Virus record (IMG/VR): IMGVR_UViG_3300023084_000003
Direction: 5' to 3' (one strand)
Source of the DNA: a virus
Length of the DNA stretch: 64,000 nucleotides
In this document: piece after piece, positions 56,051 to 64,000 of the stretch
How positions within the stretch are numbered: position 1 is the stretch's first letter
Layout of the letters: the number at the start of each line of letters is the position of its first letter
Notes under the pieces: generated by a model
Told to the model about the DNA's origin: nothing
What the model saw: only the letters and a program-made list of their open reading frames with translations
Databases searched by the model: none
Translations under genes and position numbers: made by a program

Positions 56051-56058
56051 TATAAATA
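56051..56058 (+). promoter_or_regulatory. T4-type late promoter for the exported-protein operon
   Basis: TATAAATA upstream of ATG 56105. Confidence 0.7.
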
Positions 56059-56104
56059 AGAATGAATAGAAGTGACTTCACATAATGAATTCTTGGAGGA
56101 TACA

Positions 56105-56668
56105 ATGAGAATTTTAATATTACTTTGCGTGTTATTTCTTGGGTCTGCTGCAGCGGCTCAGGAAGCGCCTGAATGTCCGGAAGGCTACGTTTGTACTCAA
56201 TCGGGCACAGACAGTACTATTAGGTCTGAAGGCAATATGACGACTACGATCGTTCAACCGCCGCCGTCTGCAGTTTCACCACAATTTAGCGCCGGCAGTA
56301 ACAGCGATCTGTGTACAATTGGTGTTGCCGCTGCGGTGCAAACTCAGATATTAGGTATTTCTGGTGGCGCAACATTTACTGAAGAAAATTGTAAGCGATT
56401 GAAGAACGCTAAAGTATTGTATGATATGGGAATGAAAGTTGCGGCTGTATCTGTAATGTGTCAAGATGAGAATGTTTTTGACGCGATGATGCAAGCTGGA
56501 ACGCCTTGCCCTTATGACGGACAAATCGGCGATGCTGCAAAGCTTGGCTGGGAAACGCACAAAGAAAAAATAAGAGAGGAAACAGGTGGCGGAAATCTTA
56601 AAGAAAATGCTAAGAACGCAGCTCCTTTTGCTGGCCTTGGTATTTTGGCCTTCTTACTCTTCCTCTGA
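56105..56668 (+). CDS. Exported Cys-containing protein with C-terminal membrane anchor
   Basis: Signal peptide MRILILLCVLFLGSAAAA; DLC..AVQTQILG..ENC..CQD..GTPCP; hydrophobic C-terminus; GGAGG Shine-Dalgarno. Confidence 0.7.
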   Translation: MRILILLCVLFLGSAAAAQEAPECPEGYVCTQSGTDSTIRSEGNMTTTIVQPPPSAVSPQFSAGSNSDLCTIGVAAAVQTQILGISGGATFTEENCKRLKNAKVLYDMGMKVAAVSVMCQDENVFDAMMQAGTPCPYDGQIGDAAKLGWETHKEKIREETGGGNLKENAKNAAPFAGLGILAFLLFL

Positions 56669-57515
56669 GAGTATTAAGCCTTACTACGGAGCTACTCCGA
56701 ACGCTGCTGCAAACGGACTTTCTTGGTCTATGGGCAATGTATTGCCGACTCCTCCAGGATTAGATATTCAGAACGTGTTGTATAGTTATACCATTATTAA
56801 AGAAAACGGTGAAGCTGTTACAGTATACGTTCAAAACAAATTAGCTGGCTCAGATAATGAGTACATTTTTAGAGATCGCGAAGACTGGTCTCCTACATCG
56901 CCATCAGGACAAGAAGTGCGTAAAGTAATTCCTGTTGGTAACTTACATAGAGATCTATGGGGTGATGGGGAGATAGATGTACAAGGAAACGGATCTGTGG
57001 AAAATCCTAGTGTGATTTATACATATCGTGTAGATCCATGTTATAATCCGCAGTTCGATCCTAACTGCCCCGGCTATGAGGTTCCATACGTAGAGCCTCC
57101 AGAAATTGATTACGAAATTTACGACGCTTATGCAGAAGGCGACGCTCAACGTGATCAATACCGTTATGAAGATGATGATGAACTGCAAGAAGAGGAAGAT
57201 GAAGAGAAAAGACTGGCAGAACTTGAAGACGAAGAACGTGAGAGGGAAGACCGTTTAGAAAAGGCAATGTTTGAAGCAAGCAGAGCAGAGCTTTTTGCAT
57301 TGGCTTTTGCGAGAGGTCAAATGAAAGACTCAATTAATCTTAATATGAACTCTTATTATGATGCAAACATTCCAGGTGGTACTTATAATGACTCGCTTGT
57401 TTTATTAGATACCAAACTTCCTGAAAACCAAAGTGGTTTACGCAATGGACTTGCACAACAATTACTACACCAACAAATGGTTGATATGCAATATAATTTA
57501 AGTACAGGACAATAA
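56586..57515 (+). CDS. Exported protein with beta-rich domain and acidic coiled-coil
   Basis: Signal-like LLLLALVFWPSYSSS; DPCYNPQFDPNCPGY; E/D-rich tract. Confidence 0.6.
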   Translation: MAEILKKMLRTQLLLLALVFWPSYSSSESIKPYYGATPNAAANGLSWSMGNVLPTPPGLDIQNVLYSYTIIKENGEAVTVYVQNKLAGSDNEYIFRDREDWSPTSPSGQEVRKVIPVGNLHRDLWGDGEIDVQGNGSVENPSVIYTYRVDPCYNPQFDPNCPGYEVPYVEPPEIDYEIYDAYAEGDAQRDQYRYEDDDELQEEEDEEKRLAELEDEEREREDRLEKAMFEASRAELFALAFARGQMKDSINLNMNSYYDANIPGGTYNDSLVLLDTKLPENQSGLRNGLAQQLLHQQMVDMQYNLSTGQ

Positions 57516-57526
57516 GGAGGACTTCA

Positions 57527-58036
57527 ATGTTCAAATCAACTATCATAGGTGCCACTATCGCTCTTATCGCTTCATGCGGAGTTGCGGTTGCTGCTGACAC
57601 TCCTATAAACGGCTCAGTACAGTCGCGTTGTATTATTCAAACAGATACATCAGGTACTTATGCTAACCCCAATGCTTACACACTTACAACATCGTCAACT
57701 GATGGCGGCGAGAAAGCACGCATTCGTGTAGATATTTCTCTGGCAAATGCTTATTATGTTGAGATTACAGCGCCTACGGAATTCTCATCTTCACCTAACC
57801 TCCCTGATGTGGTAAGCTGGACTGGAGATACTACAGTAGATGCTGTTTCAGATGCTACCAATATGGGTGATTATGAAACAAATAAAGTAGAACTTGGAAT
57901 GATGGACCGTTACGACATGACAGCGACTGGATCAACGTGGTTTGTAACCTCGTCGGTTGCTACTATGGGAGGCAATAAAGCATTTCCAGGCGGTAACTAT
58001 ACTGCTGTAGTGCAAGCGGAATGCATCGCTCAATAA
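57527..58036 (+). CDS. Exported pilin/fimbrial-subunit-like protein
   Basis: Signal peptide ending VAVAA; early Cys (GSVQSRC); T/S-rich beta pattern; C-terminal FPGGNYTAVVQAEC similar to pilin last strand. Confidence 0.5.
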   Translation: MFKSTIIGATIALIASCGVAVAADTPINGSVQSRCIIQTDTSGTYANPNAYTLTTSSTDGGEKARIRVDISLANAYYVEITAPTEFSSSPNLPDVVSWTGDTTVDAVSDATNMGDYETNKVELGMMDRYDMTATGSTWFVTSSVATMGGNKAFPGGNYTAVVQAECIAQ

Positions 58037-58052
58037 AAAAGGTTTATACATC

Positions 58053-58442
58053 ATGAAGTATTTGTTTATGCTGGTTTTTCTCGTATTTACGAGTAAAGCT
58101 TATGCACATGAGATGGTACCTACCTATCCTGTGTTAAAGCAATCTTATATGGATGGGCTCCTCGTTACTACAATGACGATGTTTAATAAACGGCCGGAAG
58201 TAGATTATTATGAGATCGGCGTTTATGACGACAACTGGGAGCCCATTCGTTTTGTTTCCAATTATAAGATATGGAAAATTCCGTATTTAAGTACGGTATC
58301 TTTTGATATCTATATACGCTCTGATGATAAATATAAGGTTAGATATATATGCTCAAAATCTAAACTTCGTAAGAGCAACATGACAAGGACCGCAGTTTCA
58401 TCTAGAATTTGTTCTAAAGTGAAAAAGCCGGGTGAAGAGTGA
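58053..58442 (+). CDS. Exported Ig-like (pilus chaperone-like) protein
   Basis: Signal peptide ending AYA; HEMVPTY..MFNKR..YICSKSK..SSRICSK with two Cys. Confidence 0.45.
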   Translation: MKYLFMLVFLVFTSKAYAHEMVPTYPVLKQSYMDGLLVTTMTMFNKRPEVDYYEIGVYDDNWEPIRFVSNYKIWKIPYLSTVSFDIYIRSDDKYKVRYICSKSKLRKSNMTRTAVSSRICSKVKKPGEE

Positions 58443-58864
58443 TGAAAAGATATATAATATTAGCAGCTTTGCTTTTTAGCTCGCCAGGACTGGCAGATAA
58501 TATTGGCCTACAGCTACCCAATATGGGGCAGGCTTATGGCCAAGATAGCATTCGCTCAGGTGAGATTGATTGTAAGAATTCAATCGGTGGTTCAACAAAT
58601 CTTGAGTTTGGAGTAACCGGTATAATTGATAATTATAATAGCCCGTTTAGTGGTGGCAATAATATGGATACGAGTCGAGATATAGGTGTTTATGCTCGTA
58701 TTATTATTCCACTAGATGGACCTAAAGAAAGAATTAATTGTAACGATTTGTATGAACTTGAATTGAGAAAGAAGAGACTTGAGGTCTTAAAGCTACAACA
58801 AGAACTTGAGCAACTTCGTCGTTTGAATGAGAATAGTGAGGGAGAAATCTCATTTGAAAACTAA
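58439..58864 (+). CDS. Exported protein with C-terminal coiled coil
   Basis: Signal peptide; two Cys (IDCKN, INCND); LELRKKRLEVLKLQQELEQL. Confidence 0.6.
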   Translation: MMKRYIILAALLFSSPGLADNIGLQLPNMGQAYGQDSIRSGEIDCKNSIGGSTNLEFGVTGIIDNYNSPFSGGNNMDTSRDIGVYARIIIPLDGPKERINCNDLYELELRKKRLEVLKLQQELEQLRRLNENSEGEISFEN

Positions 58865-58876
58865 ATAGGAGTTTCT

Positions 58877-59518
58877 ATGGCCGATAAAGACCTAGGGGAT
58901 GGCCTTGAACAACTTGACGAAGAAGTAGAAAAGTTAAAGAATACCAAGTTTAAGTTATTTGGTATTTCTATGACACCAACTACTATTGGTGCAGCTTTTG
59001 CCTTGCTTGGGGCAATCGGCGGATCCTTATATGGATCCTTTGAAGTCTATAAAGACTATATGGACATGAAAGAAATTGTTCAAAATATTGATGTTGACTC
59101 AATAACAACACGCAATAATGAAATTGAAGTATCGGTCGAGAATGCAAAGGCTGAACTGATAATTCAAATAGCTTCCATCCAAAAACAAATAGACGACTTA
59201 GAAAAACGCACACGAGAAAATAAAGTTGATACGAGAGATCAAATAAACACTATGGACTCGCAAGTTCGCCGTGTCGAAAAGCTCGTGCGTGATACTGAAT
59301 CAGACGTAAGACAAATAATTCAAAATGCTGAGGAGCGTTTTGATAATAAAAGGGATGCGCTACAGAATCAGTATGATACAAAAGCTTCTCAATTAAGAGA
59401 ATCTAGTGACACTCGGATGACTGATTTAGAAAACAAAGTTGAACGAGACATGCGTAATCTAGAAACAGAACTCATGAATAAACTACAAAAGGCCTTAGAC
59501 AACCCACTAGCAAACTAG
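58877..59518 (+). CDS. Single-TM coiled-coil protein
   Basis: TM segment IGAAFALLGAIGGSLYGSF followed by ~150 aa of heptad-like sequence; ends ALDNPLAN. Confidence 0.65.
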   Translation: MADKDLGDGLEQLDEEVEKLKNTKFKLFGISMTPTTIGAAFALLGAIGGSLYGSFEVYKDYMDMKEIVQNIDVDSITTRNNEIEVSVENAKAELIIQIASIQKQIDDLEKRTRENKVDTRDQINTMDSQVRRVEKLVRDTESDVRQIIQNAEERFDNKRDALQNQYDTKASQLRESSDTRMTDLENKVERDMRNLETELMNKLQKALDNPLAN

Positions 59519-59527
59519 GAGTGATAC

Positions 59528-59695
59528 ATGATCGGACCAAAACGTACTTGTAAAAATTGCGGACATAAGTGTCACTGTTATCAACCGGATTGCGATGATT
59601 GTCATAACGACGTTTGCATTAAATGCGATTGCAAAACACCAGACGAAAAACAAACAAATACGGATGCACGATCATGGGATGGCTATTTAAAGTAG
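59528..59695 (+). CDS. Cys-rich metallothionein-like peptide (55 aa)
   Basis: Not in the ORF track. MIGPKRTCKNCGHKCHCYQPDCDDCHNDVCIKCDC..; 9 Cys and 3 His; AGGAG Shine-Dalgarno. Confidence 0.7.
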   Translation: MIGPKRTCKNCGHKCHCYQPDCDDCHNDVCIKCDCKTPDEKQTNTDARSWDGYLK

Positions 59696-59925
59696 AGAAA
59701 GAAGACGACGATGCAGAACTTGCCAAACGGTTGGAATTTGATATTAAAATTCGAGACATCCGCAGAAGAATTGAAAAGCTCAGGGAGAATTTTCATACCC
59801 CACGACGAGTACGAGTGGAAGAGCCACATGAAGTGGATGAACAGGCACAAAAAAATAGACAACAACGCGACAAAGATAATGAAATTAATGAGATCAAGGC
59901 AAAACTCTTAGGGAGGAAAAAATGA
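59674..59925 (+). CDS. Hypothetical charged protein
   Basis: Likely start MGWLF; stop overlaps the lipase start. Confidence 0.5.
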   Translation: MGWLFKVEKEDDDAELAKRLEFDIKIRDIRRRIEKLRENFHTPRRVRVEEPHEVDEQAQKNRQQRDKDNEINEIKAKLLGRKK

Positions 59926-60632
59926 TTTGTAACAAAATGGCTAGGCTAGCTGAATTGGCTTACTTAGATGGTAAAGAAGCTAAGAGCAAAATGAAAGCTC
60001 TCGGTTACACCGGACACAAGTTCTTTGAGAACGATGGAGCTCAGTGTCACGCGGTATGGAATAAAGAAGAATATGTTCTTGCATTTCGTGGTACAGAACC
60101 AACCGAGATCTCAGATGTTCTTGCAGATCTAAATGCTATTCCACGTGGAGCAATGACACATGGTTTAGTTCATTCAGGTTTTAGAGGTGAATGTGATAAA
60201 ATATGGGATGAGATTGTAGCACATCACGGTAAAGGACACCAAGATAAAAAGCTTTGGATCACAGGGCACTCTCTTGGCGCTGCTATGGCTACTATTGCAA
60301 CTTCAAGATTCGAAGAAACTCAGAAGGTTGAGCAACTTACAACGTTTGGCTCACCTAGAGTTGGTACTCGTAGTTTTGTGAAACATATTGAAACAAAACA
60401 TATGCGGTTTGTTAACAATAACGATATCGTCACAAAGGTTCCACTTATGCTGATGGGTTACAAACACCACGGCGAATTAAAGTATATTAACTTTTATGGT
60501 AATGTCCGCAAAATGACTCCTTGGCAGATGCTCAAGGATCGTTGGCGCGGTTGGAAATCAGGTTTACTAGATGGTGCAAAAGATCATGGTATGGATAACT
60601 ATGTTCGTTGCACTGATAAATTGGAGTACTAA
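59922..60632 (+). CDS. Class 3 lipase (alpha/beta hydrolase)
   Basis: LAFRGTE, VHSGF, nucleophile GHSLGAA, TFGSPRVG, NDIVTKVP, DH. Confidence 0.92.
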   Translation: MICNKMARLAELAYLDGKEAKSKMKALGYTGHKFFENDGAQCHAVWNKEEYVLAFRGTEPTEISDVLADLNAIPRGAMTHGLVHSGFRGECDKIWDEIVAHHGKGHQDKKLWITGHSLGAAMATIATSRFEETQKVEQLTTFGSPRVGTRSFVKHIETKHMRFVNNNDIVTKVPLMLMGYKHHGELKYINFYGNVRKMTPWQMLKDRWRGWKSGLLDGAKDHGMDNYVRCTDKLEY

Positions 60633-60635
60633 ACT

Positions 60636-60947
60636 ATGTGGGAAATGATAACAAGAATGTTCGGCGATACGCTATGGATTTATACGGCTATCGCTGGCTC
60701 TTTGGTTGGTGCAGCATTTTTAGCATGGTTTCGTAATACACACGCAGCACTTTATTTGATGGGAAAATTTGATGGTTTCTTAGATTATTTGGTCGATAGA
60801 TTCGGTTGGGATTGGCTGCAAGATGATCCCGAAGCATGGCGTAAACGTTATCCAAAGGTCACGAAAAAAATCGACGATCTGGAGCTTCGTATAAAAAATC
60901 TAGAAGCTCAAGCTAAAACTAAAGTCATTAGACAAAAGGAGAAATAG
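60636..60947 (+). CDS. Small membrane protein
   Basis: One TM helix WIYTAIAGSLVGAAFLAWF; coiled-coil C-terminus. Confidence 0.6.
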   Translation: MWEMITRMFGDTLWIYTAIAGSLVGAAFLAWFRNTHAALYLMGKFDGFLDYLVDRFGWDWLQDDPEAWRKRYPKVTKKIDDLELRIKNLEAQAKTKVIRQKEK

Positions 60948-60948
60948 G

Positions 60949-61014
60949 ATGTCTTGTAACAATCCTAATTGCAAATGTGGTCCTACGTGTGACTGTCAGG
61001 ATTGCAATTGCTAA
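60949..61014 (+). CDS. Tiny metallothionein-like peptide (21 aa)
   Basis: Not in the ORF track. MSCNNPNCKCGPTCDCQDCNC, 7 Cys; AAGGAG upstream. Confidence 0.55.
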   Translation: MSCNNPNCKCGPTCDCQDCNC

Positions 61015-61214
61015 ACGTCTACTTAGAATTTATCATAGATCAAACTTTACACAACATTTCAACATACGACAAAGCTTTAGGGACTAATCTTGCTAGAGAT
61101 TATAAAAGATTTGTATGGTGGAATATGAGAGAACTTCAGAAACCTATGCTGAATTCTCTATTCAAAAACGGTAGAGTGTGGCGTCTATTAATGGACAAAC
61201 ACTTATCCCTATAG
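61002..61214 (+). CDS. Hypothetical protein
   Basis: TTG-start ORF filling the gap in the operon; start uncertain. Confidence 0.35.
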   Translation: MQLLNVYLEFIIDQTLHNISTYDKALGTNLARDYKRFVWWNMRELQKPMLNSLFKNGRVWRLLMDKHLSL

Positions 61215-61229
61215 TAAAAGGAGACTAAT

Positions 61230-61382
61230 ATGAACTGGTTAATGTCAAGACTAAAAGAGCGTACTTCATGGGATGGAGCAGCTCTTATCGGTGTTGGCCT
61301 AGTAGGCTTGCTTATGCCACTAGACCTCGTATCTTACGCGGCGATCGCGTGGGGTGTTATTACGCTACTAAAGTCTGAGTAG
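61230..61382 (+). CDS. Small two-TM membrane protein (holin-like candidate)
   Basis: Not in the ORF track. MNWLMSRLKERTSWDGAALIGVGLVGLLMPLDLVSYAAIAWGVITLLKSE; AAGGAGA Shine-Dalgarno. Confidence 0.65.
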   Translation: MNWLMSRLKERTSWDGAALIGVGLVGLLMPLDLVSYAAIAWGVITLLKSE

Positions 61383-61650
61383 CATAGTACTTTTTATATA
61401 GCTCGGCGATCTTATCAAGCTCAGGATGGTTGTGAATCCACTGACCGGTGGATGGATCAAATTCTTTCTTGAAAAAATCGTCGAGCTTTTTATTGCCGGT
61501 ATCAAGTTGAGGATCTATAGCAAGACAAAGCTTATCGAACTCTCCATCAGAAATAACTGATTCGTTCTCTTTCTCATATGCATACGCGTATATACAGAGT
61601 TTAATACGATTACGTATTTCTTTCTCCGCTACAGATCCCCAGCTCATCAC
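61360..61650 (-). CDS. Stand-alone NAD-dependent DNA ligase N-terminal (Ia)-like domain
   Basis: YAYAYE..SVISDGEFDKL resembles the ligase YY..ISD.EYD motif; no adenylation domain follows. Confidence 0.55.
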   Translation of the reverse strand: MMSWGSVAEKEIRNRIKLCIYAYAYEKENESVISDGEFDKLCLAIDPQLDTGNKKLDDFFKKEFDPSTGQWIHNHPELDKIAELYKKYYATQTLVA

Positions 61651-61787
61651 CCTCGCCCTTGTCCTCTATATTTCTTCATACTTGCTTTTTTACTTTTATT
61701 CATAGAAGATAACTTAAGGTTTCGTTTACCAATCGAAGTCTTCTTATAACTTTTTTGCTTTACAGCAACACCTACTGTTTTTGCCAT
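61647..61787 (-). CDS. Small highly basic protein (46 aa)
   Basis: Not in the ORF track. MAKTVGVAVKQKSYKKTSIGKRNLKLSSMNKSKKASMKKYRGQGRG; GAGGAG Shine-Dalgarno. Confidence 0.6.
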   Translation of the reverse strand: MAKTVGVAVKQKSYKKTSIGKRNLKLSSMNKSKKASMKKYRGQGRG

Positions 61788-61790
61788 ACT

Positions 61791-62615
61791 TTACTCCTCA
61801 ATTTTAAATAAATTACCAAATGTTTGGCCAGTATTTTTAGGACAACACCAATCGTAATCAAATAGCTGATCTAACGTTGCGTGTTCTCCCTTTAAGTTCC
61901 ACCAGTTACGAACATACTCAAAAGAAACTTGAGCAACTCTTGCTAGCTTAGCATCTGAGTGATCGTGAACTGTAGTTGGAAATCTTTCTACATTGTGATT
62001 AAACAATGGATGAATATGAGTAATACCCAAGCCATATATGATATTCTCGATGGTTGGTTTCATTCTCACGGTTTTCTCTTTATCAAGTCTTAGAAGCAAA
62101 GGCATCCTAAAACGAATATGATTATCATCTAGAAAATAATAATCTACAATTTTCTTAGCATAGCCACGCTTAATAATATAACATTGTAAGCCATGATCCC
62201 ATCCAACTCTATGCCGTGGAGCCATCACTGCCCACCCTTCGTGCATTACACAAAGCTGCAAAGCATCCCATAGAACACCATGTTTTTTTACATAGTCTTC
62301 CCATACGAATGGCCATTGGTCTATTTGATTGAAAAGGCAGTCATCCTCAAAGATAGCAACCATATCTTCATCTGTTTCTTCATACCATTTTTTGATTGTA
62401 AGTAGATGAGATGATGTCGCACCAAAAGGTAAGATTTGGCACTCAGGTGTGCCAGTGATCTTGAGATTAGAATCTTCTAATCGAGGATAAGAACATATTC
62501 TATAGTTGGTTATTCCTAGCTTCTCAAATTCACCAATCATATATTCTCGGCGGTCTTTACTCTCTTCAAGATTGACCACCCAACAGCTGGGAAACCCCTT
62601 CAATTTTGGATGCAT
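61791..62615 (-). CDS. Glycosyltransferase family 25
   Basis: VVNLEESKDRR, GATSSHL, IFEDD motifs. Confidence 0.8.
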   Translation of the reverse strand: MHPKLKGFPSCWVVNLEESKDRREYMIGEFEKLGITNYRICSYPRLEDSNLKITGTPECQILPFGATSSHLLTIKKWYEETDEDMVAIFEDDCLFNQIDQWPFVWEDYVKKHGVLWDALQLCVMHEGWAVMAPRHRVGWDHGLQCYIIKRGYAKKIVDYYFLDDNHIRFRMPLLLRLDKEKTVRMKPTIENIIYGLGITHIHPLFNHNVERFPTTVHDHSDAKLARVAQVSFEYVRNWWNLKGEHATLDQLFDYDWCCPKNTGQTFGNLFKIEE

Positions 62616-62839
62616 TATTTAATTCCGTTGTTATACTCACTAACTAGTTCTTGTACACTATCAATTGCCATATCTAATTGAATATCGGTAATTGGCGGCA
62701 ATTCTTTCTTGTACATTGCAATGATGACTTCGTCTTCAATCTTATCGCGATTTACTTTACCATTTTTAATAGGCAAATGAAAACCATTTTGCATAATGTC
62801 AATCGCGAGTTCGCATGATATCATTACATCTTTGTCCAT
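62615..62839 (-). CDS. Hypothetical protein
   Basis: Likely start MDKDVM after GGAG Shine-Dalgarno; TTGACA-16-TATATT promoter at 62866-62893. Confidence 0.5.
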   Translation of the reverse strand: MDKDVMISCELAIDIMQNGFHLPIKNGKVNRDKIEDEVIIAMYKKELPPITDIQLDMAIDSVQELVSEYNNGIK

Positions 62840-62896
62840 ACTTTTTCTCCGTGTATATATCTGTAAATATATTACATAATGAAGAAATGTCAACCC

Positions 62897-63379
62897 TTAA
62901 TCCCACAAATTTTCATAATATTTTCCAAATAATCTGAAGCCGTTGCTCATTCGTTCCTGATGCGCCTTCAAGCCGTCACGATCAATCCATTCAAAATCGC
63001 CAATGCCACTATCACTTGGAATATGTGGTCCATAATACTCATCTTCCCAATTGTCTTTTACCTTTTGTTCAAAGGCCCAGATCATTTCATCCATAATCCA
63101 ATCCCAACGATCAAAAAACTTAGGATCAGCTGTACCGTCACCTTCGTATGCACGTTTCCATTTAGCAGTAGGACGCAACTCTTTTGGTACATCACTTGGA
63201 TCTGTATTAGGAGCGCCGTGCTTTGTTTCTTTCAACTGTTTTAGCATAGGCAAGATAATCGGTGCAAGAGTATAATCCATGCTCCAAGTATCATAATCGT
63301 GTATTGCGACTTCTATCTTTTGCGGCCTATCATCTTTATAAGGCCCTATATAAACTTTCATTATATAAACAACTCCCAA
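62897..63379 (-). CDS. Conserved hypothetical phage protein
   Basis: YDTWSMDYTLAPIILPMLKQLK..KHGAP..WDWIMDEMIWAF..GFRLFGKYYENLWD. Confidence 0.7.
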   Translation of the reverse strand: MGVVYIMKVYIGPYKDDRPQKIEVAIHDYDTWSMDYTLAPIILPMLKQLKETKHGAPNTDPSDVPKELRPTAKWKRAYEGDGTADPKFFDRWDWIMDEMIWAFEQKVKDNWEDEYYGPHIPSDSGIGDFEWIDRDGLKAHQERMSNGFRLFGKYYENLWD

Positions 63380-63870
63380 CTTGGATGTTTGATTGTAAAT
63401 TCCATTTGTTTACGTTTACGAACTAATTCCCAGTAACCAGGTCTATATGGTTTATATTTAGGCTTCCAGTCCATCCTGTTTCCTTTAATAGAATTACAAG
63501 GATTGCAGGCTGCTACTATATTGGTCCACTCTGTTTTACCACCACGGCTGAGTGGAACAACGTGATCCATAGTCAAATGCGATCTACTGAACTTATATCC
63601 GCAATACAAACATTTGTACTGATCACGTAAATAAAGGTTAGATTTTGAAAACCTAACCTCTGACTTGGATTTGATATATTGTTTCATCATAATCACAGCG
63701 GGAACTTTGGTTTCCCAAGAGGGGCTCCGGACTAGCCAATCGTCATACCATTCTAACACATCACATTTATCGTGATAAATGTACCGTATGGCTTCTTTCC
63801 AATTAATAACGCTGAGAGGGAGATAGTTGACGGGTTGAGCATTTGCATTAAGAATCAAAACGTCGGACAT
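63361..63870 (-). CDS. HNH endonuclease
   Basis: RDQYKCLYCG..TMDHVVPLSRGG..NIVAACNPCNSIK. Confidence 0.9.
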   Translation of the reverse strand: MSDVLILNANAQPVNYLPLSVINWKEAIRYIYHDKCDVLEWYDDWLVRSPSWETKVPAVIMMKQYIKSKSEVRFSKSNLYLRDQYKCLYCGYKFSRSHLTMDHVVPLSRGGKTEWTNIVAACNPCNSIKGNRMDWKPKYKPYRPGYWELVRKRKQMEFTIKHPSWELFI

Positions 63871-63890
63871 CTATCTCTCCTTTGCTGCTT

Positions 63891-63998
63891 TTAACTATTT
63901 ATCTCCAATCTGTACTGATCTTCACACATTTGGTAGATATCTTTCGTGAGTACACAATATTCTGATAATTCATCAACTACTGAAGCAGTAGCATCACC
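63891..63998 (-). CDS. Partial CDS at the window edge
   Basis: Only open minus-strand frame from the edge, ending QYRLEINS-TAA. Confidence 0.35.
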   Translation of the reverse strand, partial: GDATASVVDELSEYCVLTKDIYQMCEDQYRLEINS

Positions 63999-64000
63999 TT

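Noticed and set aside
57160-57260. GAAGA-rich tandem repeat
   Set aside because: Explained by an acidic Glu/Asp coding tract, not a DNA-level repeat
63361-63870. HNH gene as a mobile homing endonuclease or intron
   Set aside because: It does not interrupt a gene and has no flanking intron structure or DNA-binding extension; it looks like an ordinary free-standing phage HNH
1-64000. CRISPR array, DGR/retron, integrase or IS element
   Set aside because: No regularly spaced repeats, reverse transcriptase, recombinase or transposase motifs were seen

Overview
This window is a 64-kb segment of a large, AT-rich T4-like myovirus genome. It has T4-type late promoters (TATAAATA) and sigma70-type early promoters. 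A marine or alphaproteobacterial host is plausible, but that is inference. The layout is: (1) 1-22.3 kb, baseplate/tail module (gp8, S8 protease, gp9-like, gp7, gp6, gp25, M15 peptidase, gp5, hub, split gp53, gp48, gp4, gp2, gp54-like, gp26/gp51, tape measure); (2) 22.3-27.2 kb, Hsp20, RegA and clamp/clamp loader (gp62, gp44, gp45); (3) 27.2-34.9 kb, a candidate DNA-hypermodification cluster (dCMP hydroxymethylase, two glycosyltransferase-like genes, UDP-galactopyranose mutase, atypical C5-methyltransferase, UDG-like protein, dCMP deaminase, Nmad1-like protein); (4) 35-36.6 kb and 52.7-54.1 kb, small early genes behind repeated promoters; (5) 36.7-48.7 kb, an island of 2OG-Fe(II)/TauD dioxygenases, a desaturase, glycosyltransferases, a methyltransferase and radical SAM enzymes; (6) 52.3-52.7 kb, an unannotated ~390-nt pseudoknotted RNA with its own promoter and terminator; (7) 56-61.4 kb, a late operon of signal-peptide proteins (pilin/chaperone-like), a lipase, small membrane proteins and two tiny metallothionein-like peptides. 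The strongest leads are possible furanosyl-sugar modification of hmC DNA, the structured ncRNA, a -1 frameshift fusing gp26 to gp51, and the exported-protein operon. All family calls come from motif recognition by eye; no database search was run. No tRNA, rRNA or CRISPR array was seen.
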